A DNA stretch of 64,000 bases from an uncultured Clostridia bacterium. Lineage in GTDB: Bacteria > Bacillota > Clostridia > Christensenellales > UBA1242. The first letter of the stretch is position 1. Each line of letters begins with the position of its first letter. Below are positions 30,195 through 39,338 of this stretch, in pieces. A model generated the notes under the pieces. It was not told where the DNA came from and did not search any database. It worked only from the letters and a program-made list of their open reading frames with translations. The stretch is from NCBI GenBank assembly GCA_934747965.1, contig CAKVHI010000001.1, positions 65,703 to 129,702 on the forward strand, written 5' to 3'. The translations under genes and the position numbers were made by a program.

Positions 30195-33100
30195 CTATTT
30201 TGTTTTTGATTTATTAACTCTATCATTAAATTTTTCTACAAATTTGTTAATTATATAATTTTGCATTTCATGAGAAATCTCAAGTTCCTTGAAAAGAAAT
30301 GCATCAATCCTTTTATGATGATCTGTTTCTAACTCTTCGGTAGCATTTAATACTTTTATATCTGAAGTTTCTATCATTAATTTTTTTATCTCTTCAACAT
30401 TATTAAATTCAAAATATATAGGAAATTGTTTTAAATCCACAGCTTCCGCTTTTAACATTCCTCCACCAAGGCTTTTTCTTCCAGACATCTCTCTTATCAA
30501 CCAAAATAATGTAGAATTCATAAATATCCATAAGTTTGGTAGATATTTGTCTTGATTTAAATATATATCTACACAACTAGCAGAATATCCTTTGTTTGAA
30601 TTAATTGAGCAGAAATGTTTTCCTCCAACACCTCGTGGTAAAATTAAACTAGGCTTGTTTCTTTTTGTTTTAATTTCGTCAAAAACTTTAATCCCATTTT
30701 GATTAATTTGTTTAACTTGTTCTCCACTTAGTTTTTCATTAGACAATATATATGTTTTAGTTGTCTTCCAATCATAAAAACCACTTTCATCAACGTTTAG
30801 ATATGGTATTAAATTTTCTTTAGTTATAAATTTTGGGATGTCTGTGATTACATAGTCTTTGGTTATATTAAGACCTTGTCCTATCTTTAACCAATTAACT
30901 TCATTCTCTTTTTTACCGACTTTGTTTAGGGATTGCATTAAATTTAGAAATTCAATATCTGAATTAAACAAAAATCCCCATTTATTATTTGTTATCAAAT
31001 CACTATCTTTACTAAATTTCTTTATTGTAGCATCTTCATTTATTTCATTGGAATTATTTTCTACTGGGAAATGATAGTCTATAAAACTTTTATGGCAACG
31101 GGCAAAAACCACATCTTTTTTGCAGCCCTTGTTTCCTTCAAAAAAAGTTATTACTGTATTAATATTTGCCGATTCAAAAGCTTTGAAATCACTATCAATA
31201 ATTGCCAACACATTCGTCATATTTAACAAAAATTGTTGAAATTTAGCACCATATTCAGTGTCCAACCAAGAATTTTGAGTAATAAATGCATTTATTCCGT
31301 CTGGTTTTATCATTCGCAAACTTAATTCATAGAAATAAATTAACAAATCTGAACCACGTGTAATTAAATCAAACTTTTTGCCATATCTTTGTTTTAGTTG
31401 TTTTTGTAAAATATCCTTTTCCCAATCCGGAAAATTACTATTCCTTGCCTCTAAATATGGTGGATTCCCTATAACAATATCGAAACCATCTTTTACGCCA
31501 AACATCCAGTCTGCATCAAACCAATTCGTGGATTCATTTTCAAATGGTTTCCAAGAAGATAATTGTTGGTATCTAACAGAAGCTTGCTTTTGGTAATTTG
31601 CAATTGTATTCAAAAGCATATCTTGCTGAATGTCTTTAAATTCTAATTTCAATTCCGTCCTGCGATCACTTTCAGCATTAAAATATTCATCTCTAACTGC
31701 TTTTAAACGATTAATATGATCTTCATTTTCAAATAAGGACATTTGTGAATTTTCCTCAAGGCCAATTAATGAATTAGCTATAATAAATTTAAAATCCAAA
31801 TTTGGGAGTGGGTTAATGCCTCGGTTATATTCTTCATCTTTTACTTTTTCTTCAATTACCAATGATAGGAAACATCTTAATCTTGAAATTTCAACAGCTA
31901 TTGGTTGAATATCTATACCAAAAATTGAATTCTGAATTACACTCAATTTTCTTATGTAATTTAATGACCCATCATTAAATTTCTTTTCAAATTCTTTTTT
32001 CAATAGGATGCTTACATTTTCAGTTGCTTTGTCGAACCACAAATCTGCATTTGGGTCAACTTCTTGTAATATATAAACAATTTTTTGAAGCATGCCAATA
32101 GGGAAGGCTCCAGAACCACAAGCAGGATCTAATATGGTAACATTATATAAAGCATTTATTATTCTCTTCTTTTCAGATAAATCAAAGGTTGCAATAGTGT
32201 CATCTTCCTTACCATAACTGATTAATGCTTTTAACCTTAATTGGTCAATACCAGACTCCTTTTTTAAATATTCACAAAGGCTTGTATCAACCATATAATC
32301 AACAATATCTCTTGGCGTATAAAAACTGCCAGTGCTCTTTTTTGCGTTTTCTCCAGTCTCAGGGTTAATCTCTGCGAGTAAATTTTCAAAAATTCTGCCA
32401 AGCATTTCAGGATCAATAGATAATTCAATATCATATGAAGTATTTTCATCAACGGTAAAGTTATACTGATTTAATACTTCATAAAATTGTTTAAACCAAT
32501 CATTTGGAATTGTTACGAGTCCGTATTGACCACATTGAGTGAGTTTATCGTATCTATATAAATCATCATTGTGGGGGCTAAACAAGCCACCATTCAAATA
32601 AGGAATTTGTTTATATTCATTGCCAATATATTTGTCTTTACGTTTTTCTTGTTTTGTATTTAACAACTCAAAAAATAATGGTTCTAGTATCTTGTGATAA
32701 TAATTGTCTTGATTATTAATTTCATCAATTGTTAAGTACTTTTCTGGAATTAAAGGAATTCCGTTTTCACTCTTTTTTTCTTTTAAAAACCAACAAAATG
32801 TTATCCTTCCTATAAGTCTAACAGCAAATTCTGCATATTTTTTCTGATCAATCACTCCATGCAAATTAAGTTGTTTATCAAATTTTTTACCATCTCTTTC
32901 ACCACCAACTAATTTACTATAACACAGTGCGATTTCATTATAAAATTGTTTATTAACTACTTCAACCGAAAATCTTTCAATTAATTCTTCAAGATTATTT
33001 ACTTTTCCTTTTTCAATTAAAAATTTATAGGCTGTCTTAGTTTTAGTTCCAAAACCCAAACTATAAGAAAATCTTCTAGGATTAGACAAAACTCTGACAA

Positions 33101-33464
33101 TTTTATTTCCGTCATATTCATATTTACTCGTTAACAAGGAAATACGATAATTCATTTCATCAGGATTTACAAAAGAAACTAAAGCATTATCTATGCGAAA
33201 ACTTCTCAAAATTTTAAACATTTCTTGAGTAATTGCAACTCTTTTGTTTTTTGAACCCTCTTTTAAATATACTTCGAAAACAGTTAAATTGCAAAGAGAA
33301 GATTCTCCAAGTTGTTTTACGGATTGAAATATTCCATTATTAAAGTGCACATCATGTTTAGAATTTGCAAAATCAGGTAACAAGAGTTCATTTACTAAGT
33401 AAATGAAATTGTCTAAATGATATTCATGTTTTAATATTTCTTCAGCATCTTTAATTGATATCAT
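30195..33464 (-). CDS. Large N6-adenine DNA methyltransferase (Eco57I / PglX-like gamma-class)
   Basis: FYTPRDIVDYMV, SAM motif LDPACGSGAFP and catalytic motif VIGNPPYLEA. It has long N- and C-terminal extensions (1089 aa). Confidence 0.85.
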   Translation of the reverse strand: MISIKDAEEILKHEYHLDNFIYLVNELLLPDFANSKHDVHFNNGIFQSVKQLGESSLCNLTVFEVYLKEGSKNKRVAITQEMFKILRSFRIDNALVSFVNPDEMNYRISLLTSKYEYDGNKIVRVLSNPRRFSYSLGFGTKTKTAYKFLIEKGKVNNLEELIERFSVEVVNKQFYNEIALCYSKLVGGERDGKKFDKQLNLHGVIDQKKYAEFAVRLIGRITFCWFLKEKKSENGIPLIPEKYLTIDEINNQDNYYHKILEPLFFELLNTKQEKRKDKYIGNEYKQIPYLNGGLFSPHNDDLYRYDKLTQCGQYGLVTIPNDWFKQFYEVLNQYNFTVDENTSYDIELSIDPEMLGRIFENLLAEINPETGENAKKSTGSFYTPRDIVDYMVDTSLCEYLKKESGIDQLRLKALISYGKEDDTIATFDLSEKKRIINALYNVTILDPACGSGAFPIGMLQKIVYILQEVDPNADLWFDKATENVSILLKKEFEKKFNDGSLNYIRKLSVIQNSIFGIDIQPIAVEISRLRCFLSLVIEEKVKDEEYNRGINPLPNLDFKFIIANSLIGLEENSQMSLFENEDHINRLKAVRDEYFNAESDRRTELKLEFKDIQQDMLLNTIANYQKQASVRYQQLSSWKPFENESTNWFDADWMFGVKDGFDIVIGNPPYLEARNSNFPDWEKDILQKQLKQRYGKKFDLITRGSDLLIYFYELSLRMIKPDGINAFITQNSWLDTEYGAKFQQFLLNMTNVLAIIDSDFKAFESANINTVITFFEGNKGCKKDVVFARCHKSFIDYHFPVENNSNEINEDATIKKFSKDSDLITNNKWGFLFNSDIEFLNLMQSLNKVGKKENEVNWLKIGQGLNITKDYVITDIPKFITKENLIPYLNVDESGFYDWKTTKTYILSNEKLSGEQVKQINQNGIKVFDEIKTKRNKPSLILPRGVGGKHFCSINSNKGYSASCVDIYLNQDKYLPNLWIFMNSTLFWLIREMSGRKSLGGGMLKAEAVDLKQFPIYFEFNNVEEIKKLMIETSDIKVLNATEELETDHHKRIDAFLFKELEISHEMQNYIINKFVEKFNDRVNKSKTK

Positions 33465-36400
33465 TTCTTAAATCCTCCGTAAACATAATAATTTCTGATT
33501 GTGCGTCTATACTTTCAACTTTTTCTTTTATTTGAACAATATAATGGACAGGTATTTTCGATTTCAAATCATCAATTATTTCTTTTATATTATTTTTTCT
33601 TATAGTTAATTTTGATAAATACTTTAATTCGCCATCACTCAAATCATCATATGTTTTAATAACATCAAGCAAATCAGATAAATAATCCTTTTCACTTGGA
33701 CAAACCACTTTTAATTGTTCCAAATTGTCTATTGCCGTGCCTTTTCTTTTATCTAAACGAATTTTAGGATAAGGCTTTCTTATTTCGTCACGTAATATTG
33801 CAAATTTTTTATCTAGATTTTCATCATACTCATAGCTCGGTTCGTCTTGCTTAGCTTTAAAAAGTCTTAAAACTCTTTCAGGGGCAACTATTTCTGCTCT
33901 GTTTTCATAAGGGTGAGCAATAGCAAATAATGCAGTATTTCCTCTTTTTGCAAAAGATATTGCACATGGTTCTGGCTGATTTTTTCTTACAATTCTTGCT
34001 CTTTCAGGAATTTTAAGAGTTTCATCTATGAATGTTGTGTTGTGTTTGATTGAATTATAAATATTTTTAAAATCATTATCCCAACTTTTCTCATTGTTTT
34101 CAGCATTCGCTTCATCATATTGAGATTTGAAATAACTTTGTAAAGTTTCATCAGGTGTCAATGTTCTTGTATCGCTACCAACAATATTGTTTATCAAAAA
34201 CATTTTTAAAGTAGAAATACCTTTGATTAGTGTATTCTGTTCACCAATGTCTGTTGGAAAAAGATTAAATATAAATATTTTATCGAACATCTTTCTGTTA
34301 ATACGATTGATACGACCAATTCTTTGAACAACTCTTGTTGGATTGTATGGAATATCATAGTTGATAATAACACCAGCTCTATTCAGGTTGAAACCTTCAC
34401 TCAAAGCATCTGTAGCAACAATTATATCGTAATCATTCAATTGTTCACCTTGTTTATAAGAAGCATCAAAATTTTGTTTTACAATATTTCTATCAATCTT
34501 AGATGAACCACCAGTATATATTAGAACTCTATAATTATCATCTTCAAGACGCTGTTTTACATATTCTGCAGTATCCGCAAAAGTAGAGAAAATAACAATT
34601 TTACGATTTTTATTTTCTTTTAATAGATAATTTATTTTTCTGCTGATTTCATTGTATTTTGGGTCTTCACCAACTTCTTCAGTAGCAAACCATTCATGAT
34701 AAATTCCTTTAAGTAAATCAATATCACTTTCAATTGCATGAATAAAATCTTCTTTAAACAATTCTCTAGGGATTGGAATAGCTTTTTTCTTGATTTTATC
34801 CACATCGATTGGTTCATTATCTATGCTATTGATTTCTTCAAGGGTTTCCATTATTTCGTCATCGTTTGGGTCTGATAAATATCCACTTTTCTTAATTGGG
34901 ACATATCCTTTAGCCCACCATTTTTTAATGTTTTCATAAGAACTAAATAAACTTGTCAATGTTGATTTAAATGCTGCTTTAGAACTTTCGAAACGCATAA
35001 CAAGTAATCTTTTAATAAATTTAGCAAGGTTGCCTTGGAATAACTGAATGTTCATTTCACCGAACAATTCACCATACTTTTTATTAAATTCTTGTGGATT
35101 AATCAAGTAAGCAGATGGATTATATCTGGCACAGATAAATTGATTACTTAGTTTATCTAATGTAGATAAATATAATTGCCTAATTTCTCCTAAATCATAT
35201 TCAACAAGTTCTGGGCCTACAACTTCAGGAAATTGAATGTTTTGCATTTTTAAATCTTCTGCATATTCTTTAACTTCCTGCAAATCAAGTCTAGAACGTC
35301 TAACAATTACAGGGTCTATTAATATTCTTAGTTCTTCACTTAATTTATCTAATTCTTTCTTTATTGCTGCTGTAAGATTTTTCTTACCTTCTTTTTCTAA
35401 CTTATTATATTTAGCAATTAATTCATGAAATCTTACGCCTAAGTTATCAACAGAATTTAAAGTTGACCTACTTGGAGTTTGGAATAACTTAATCAAAGCA
35501 AATAAATCTTGTGGTCTATTGTTATATGGCGTAGCAGTTAAAAGAATGACTTTGTTTTCTGCATTAGAACGTGTTAATTGGTGCAACCATTGATAGCTAT
35601 CGCTTAATTCGTTTCTATATCTATGAGCTTCATCAATTATGTATAAAATAGGGTCTGGGTCAGTAGCATACTGTCTATACAATTCTTCCATTCTACCGCT
35701 ACTACAAACTTTTACACCACGCAGTCCAAAGTCTTGTTGATATTCATTCCATTGGTCAACAAGGTGTGGTGGAGCAATAATAACCGTTTTCCTCAAATTT
35801 AAGTTATAAGCAATTGCAGAAGCAATAACAGATTTACCAAGACCAACGACATCGGCAACAATTACACCATTATTTTTGTTAATACAATCAACACCATATT
35901 TAATAGCATCTAATTGATATTTTAAATTAGAGAACTTGCCATTGGTTATCTCTGTTGGAGCAATAATATTACTTTTGTCTAATGAGTTATAAAGTTCAAA
36001 TAAAATACGAATGAAGATATGGTATGGACTTGGTTGAGCAAAGACCCATAATTTCTTTTTAAGTTCATTTTCAAATTCTTTATTCCCATCTTTAATGCAA
36101 ATATCGATAGATTTACTATCGTTCCATAACTGCTCAAAACTTCCCATATATTCTTCATATTTACTGTTGTCGCTAAATCTTTCATTCATCTCGCCTTGTC
36201 CAAGCAATCCATTGTATGTAAAGTTAGATGAACCTGTAAACACAACACCCTTCTGGTCGCCAAAGCAAGAATATTCTGGCTTATTAGTTAGAATATATGC
36301 CTTAGCATGATTTTGAGTTGCAGTTAATCTTATTTCAAGAGAACCATCCTTAATTTTACTCAAAAACATTTTAAAAACTTGTTGGCTATCGGTAGAGTCA

Positions 36401-36744
36401 AATTCTTCTGATAATGCAGATTTATTAAATAAGTTTATAAAACTTTCCACATAAGAGTTTTTCTTTTGTGAATTATTTAATTTACTGTAACCTCTAACAG
36501 CATATGTTTCCAACAACTCATCTGGACTATCTTTTACCGCATTACATAAATCTTGTATTGCATTCGGATCAATAGTATTGCCAACCAAAATTCTAATCTT
36601 CTTGTCTTTTAATTCATCAGCAAGTGCATTAAATCCAGAAAAATAGAAGAATGCTGTTAATATATCTACACTTTCAGCTTGTTTTAAAGAATTTTTCAAA
36701 GATTCCAGCATTGTTTTGTTTTTATTATCTATTATAGATGCCAT
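33451..36744 (-). CDS. PLD-family (single HKD) nuclease domain fused to an SNF2-family helicase
   Basis: N-terminal HKD motif NHAKAYIL...TGSSNFT. Helicase motifs DVVGLGKS (I), IIDEAHRYRN (II), LLTATPYNN (III) and QRIGRINR (VI). Confidence 0.85.
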   Translation of the reverse strand: MASIIDNKNKTMLESLKNSLKQAESVDILTAFFYFSGFNALADELKDKKIRILVGNTIDPNAIQDLCNAVKDSPDELLETYAVRGYSKLNNSQKKNSYVESFINLFNKSALSEEFDSTDSQQVFKMFLSKIKDGSLEIRLTATQNHAKAYILTNKPEYSCFGDQKGVVFTGSSNFTYNGLLGQGEMNERFSDNSKYEEYMGSFEQLWNDSKSIDICIKDGNKEFENELKKKLWVFAQPSPYHIFIRILFELYNSLDKSNIIAPTEITNGKFSNLKYQLDAIKYGVDCINKNNGVIVADVVGLGKSVIASAIAYNLNLRKTVIIAPPHLVDQWNEYQQDFGLRGVKVCSSGRMEELYRQYATDPDPILYIIDEAHRYRNELSDSYQWLHQLTRSNAENKVILLTATPYNNRPQDLFALIKLFQTPSRSTLNSVDNLGVRFHELIAKYNKLEKEGKKNLTAAIKKELDKLSEELRILIDPVIVRRSRLDLQEVKEYAEDLKMQNIQFPEVVGPELVEYDLGEIRQLYLSTLDKLSNQFICARYNPSAYLINPQEFNKKYGELFGEMNIQLFQGNLAKFIKRLLVMRFESSKAAFKSTLTSLFSSYENIKKWWAKGYVPIKKSGYLSDPNDDEIMETLEEINSIDNEPIDVDKIKKKAIPIPRELFKEDFIHAIESDIDLLKGIYHEWFATEEVGEDPKYNEISRKINYLLKENKNRKIVIFSTFADTAEYVKQRLEDDNYRVLIYTGGSSKIDRNIVKQNFDASYKQGEQLNDYDIIVATDALSEGFNLNRAGVIINYDIPYNPTRVVQRIGRINRINRKMFDKIFIFNLFPTDIGEQNTLIKGISTLKMFLINNIVGSDTRTLTPDETLQSYFKSQYDEANAENNEKSWDNDFKNIYNSIKHNTTFIDETLKIPERARIVRKNQPEPCAISFAKRGNTALFAIAHPYENRAEIVAPERVLRLFKAKQDEPSYEYDENLDKKFAILRDEIRKPYPKIRLDKRKGTAIDNLEQLKVVCPSEKDYLSDLLDVIKTYDDLSDGELKYLSKLTIRKNNIKEIIDDLKSKIPVHYIVQIKEKVESIDAQSEIIMFTEDLRNDIN

Positions 36745-36814
36745 AATTATCTCCTATTTTCAATCATTATAACACATAATTATTATAATTTATATATAAT
36801 AATTAAAATTTTTC

Positions 36815-37537
36815 TTAATCTTCCAACACAACCACATTCACTTTATGTGAATAGGTAGTGCAAGCGTCTATGGCTATCATATTTTTTGTTATGAAAGGTT
36901 CAAAATTGGCCTTATCTCCAAATTCTTCGTATTCGTCTGGATTTTGTTCGTGCCATAATGCAGAACAATGCCAATGTCCACAAACTATTGTTTTGTTTGG
37001 TTCGTAGATTTCATATCTATACATTTCTACTGGGTTTATCCAGCGAGCCTTTTCCCAACGTTCTTTTCTTGCTGTTCGCCAATCACTATCATACAAATAG
37101 CAATTTTCAATAATTGGTATCCAGCCGTGAACGAATATGTAATGTTTTGTTTCGTAGTAATCAATACACATATCTAGAACTTCTTGGAGTCTAGTTTCTT
37201 TTGGTATCTTTTTAAGGTCAAATTCACTTATTTGCCACTCTGGATACAAATCAACAATTGTTTGTGCTGTTCCATTACAAATGTCGCCATAATCACTTGA
37301 ATTTCTTTCAATCATTTGTTCCATCAAGTCTTCGTGATTGCCACGAATAAGAATTACTTTATCTTTGTGTTTTAGAACAAAATCTATAATTTCTTTTGGT
37401 TGGTTTCCTCTATCGAACAAGTCGCCACAAAGAATTATTTTGTGTTCAGGATTGCTTATATCAAATCCTTTTTCTTTTAATGCTGACTGCCATTCATCAT
37501 AAAATCCATGAATGTCGCCAGATACAAAATATTTCAT
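36815..37537 (-). CDS. Calcineurin-like metallophosphoesterase (Ser/Thr phosphatase-like)
   Basis: GDIHG, GDLFDRG, GNHE and GHWH motifs. Confidence 0.8.
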   Translation of the reverse strand: MKYFVSGDIHGFYDEWQSALKEKGFDISNPEHKIILCGDLFDRGNQPKEIIDFVLKHKDKVILIRGNHEDLMEQMIERNSSDYGDICNGTAQTIVDLYPEWQISEFDLKKIPKETRLQEVLDMCIDYYETKHYIFVHGWIPIIENCYLYDSDWRTARKERWEKARWINPVEMYRYEIYEPNKTIVCGHWHCSALWHEQNPDEYEEFGDKANFEPFITKNMIAIDACTTYSHKVNVVVLED

Positions 37538-37551
37538 AAAAACCTCTAATT

Positions 37552-38418
37552 TTAAACTGACTGTAATTTTTTTGTTATCTCAATAAAAAATTCTTTACTC
37601 CACAAATCAAGTTTTGTTTTATCTTTTATGAAAGGCAAAACATCTTGTTTTGCTTGCTCTATATCTAGATTTTCAAATCTTTCGTTTAGTAATGCTTTTA
37701 AATTATCAATAGTTAAATCATAATTTTCATTAATAAACTTTGACTGAACCAACTTTGCTTTCAAATTTTCCAAATTCACTTTTGCACCGATTGACAAAAA
37801 GAAAATATAATCGTAAAAATCTCTACCTTTCACTCTTGATTTCCAATTCCTGCAAAGGCAAGCATGAATTTTACCTGCAAATAATGATTGCAAATCGTAT
37901 AATCTTACTTGATAAGGAGAAGGCAACAGTCCAAACTTGGTTTCATAAGTTGCACCAGTTGGTGGGTTAATGTCCACTTCAAACTTAATTCGTATAGCTT
38001 CTTCTTTATTGATAAATTTAGAATCTTCACTATCTTCATAGAAAGATAAAATATGTTCTTTTGTGTTACCCTTTAAGAATGCAGATTTTATATTGGAATC
38101 AACAGATTTAATTTTCTCTGTCACATTGAAATTTAAGCCAAGTGATTTTGTCTCGTTTTCAATATATTGAAAATATTTGGTTAAATCAAAATCTGGATTT
38201 TGTGTTATTAATGAAAAATCTAAATCTTCACTAAATCTATCCAATCCATAAAATATTCTTAGTGCAGTTCCACCATAAAATGCTGCTTCTTTAAAAAATC
38301 CACCACGAGATAGTCCACAAAGAACGATTTCTTGAACAATTTCTTTTATGGCATTCTTCTTATCTTCGATATTGTTAATTTGATATTTTGATAACATCTG
38401 GCTTAATACTTGTTGCAT
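37552..38418 (-). CDS. abiEii: AbiEii/AbiGii-family nucleotidyltransferase toxin (type IV TA)
   Basis: FYGGTALRIFYGLDRFSEDLDFS, and a position immediately after an AbiEi-like gene. Confidence 0.8.
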   Translation of the reverse strand: MQQVLSQMLSKYQINNIEDKKNAIKEIVQEIVLCGLSRGGFFKEAAFYGGTALRIFYGLDRFSEDLDFSLITQNPDFDLTKYFQYIENETKSLGLNFNVTEKIKSVDSNIKSAFLKGNTKEHILSFYEDSEDSKFINKEEAIRIKFEVDINPPTGATYETKFGLLPSPYQVRLYDLQSLFAGKIHACLCRNWKSRVKGRDFYDYIFFLSIGAKVNLENLKAKLVQSKFINENYDLTIDNLKALLNERFENLDIEQAKQDVLPFIKDKTKLDLWSKEFFIEITKKLQSV

Positions 38419-38419
38419 T

Positions 38420-39007
38420 TTACTTTTCTCCTTTAATAAATTTTACAAGTAAATTTAAGTTTGTTGAGTGATATAGTGGCGCAAGTTTTAAAATGTCTTG
38501 CTTGTTTAATTCGTTAAACTTGTCTTCATCTATTCTTAAATCTTCAAATAGCAATCTTTCTAAATCTTTAATAGTTTTCACGGGAGATATAGTATAAAGT
38601 TTATCGCAAAGCGCTTTTTCTGCTGTTGCCATTTGATATGAATATTCTTCATCTTGAAAAGCAAGGACTCCCAAACTAAATACCGCTTTAGGAACATCTC
38701 TATAAATAAAAGTTCCAAAACTATTTGTATATGTCTTAATTTTTTTCTTATTGTAGGTTGCACATGTAAATGTGTTGTAAACCGCTTCGGGAATTAATCC
38801 TTGCTGATACAAAACATAATCAAAGGATAAATAAGATGGCCCATAAATAAATTGTGCAAGTCTTGAACCATTAGTATTTGGATTGGTTTCATAAATTCCT
38901 TTAACCAAAGGAAATAATTTTCCTTGTATTACATCTCTATTTATTTTTGCTATTGGATTTGAATAATTAGCATATTGTTCTTTTAATTGTTGAGTTGTGA
39001 CTATCAT
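38420..39007 (-). CDS. abiEi: AbiEi-family antitoxin / transcriptional regulator
   Basis: The N-terminal winged-helix-like region ending LVKGIYE and its pairing with abiEii. The start is taken at MIVTTQQL, preceded by GGAGGG. Confidence 0.7.
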   Translation of the reverse strand: MIVTTQQLKEQYANYSNPIAKINRDVIQGKLFPLVKGIYETNPNTNGSRLAQFIYGPSYLSFDYVLYQQGLIPEAVYNTFTCATYNKKKIKTYTNSFGTFIYRDVPKAVFSLGVLAFQDEEYSYQMATAEKALCDKLYTISPVKTIKDLERLLFEDLRIDEDKFNELNKQDILKLAPLYHSTNLNLLVKFIKGEK

Positions 39008-39014
39008 ATATTCC

Positions 39015-39114
39015 CTCCAGATAATGCAATTATATAATATTATCTGGAGAAAATCAACCAATTTCACGATATTTTCTCCAAATAATGCAGTAAAAGTGCA
39101 TTTTCTGGAGAAAA
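39015..39114. promoter_or_regulatory. Two palindromes built from four copies of TCTCCARAWAAT upstream of abiEi (candidate operator)
   Basis: IR1 is CTCCAGATAAT (39015-39025) against ATTATCTGGAG (39039-49). IR2 is TTTTCTCCAAATAATGCA (39072-89) against TGCATTTTCTGGAGAAAA (39097-114), with 2 mismatches. Confidence 0.5.
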
Positions 39115-39338
39115 TATGGTTTTGTAAAAAATCAATTCACATAGTTTAATGATATAAACTTAACTGGCTTCAACAAATTTTATATCATTGCAATGATACA
39201 GTTTCTCAAAAAGCATATAAATTTGGGATAATTTATAAGCACACTGAAAAACTTTCAAACTTTCACTAGCAAAGTATTAGATATTTTTAGGCGATTTTAG
39301 ACAGGTTTAAAAAGACATAAATGTTGAGAAAAGTGCGT

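Noticed and set aside
28272-36744. Calling the helicase/methylase/GHKL block DISARM, BREX or a type I/III R-M system
   Set aside because: - There is no DrmA/DrmB (DUF1998) pair, no PglZ/BrxC/BrxL, no HsdS/HsdR and no Mod/Res pair anywhere in the island.
- SNF2, a PLD domain and an m6A methylase alone are shared by several systems and are not diagnostic.
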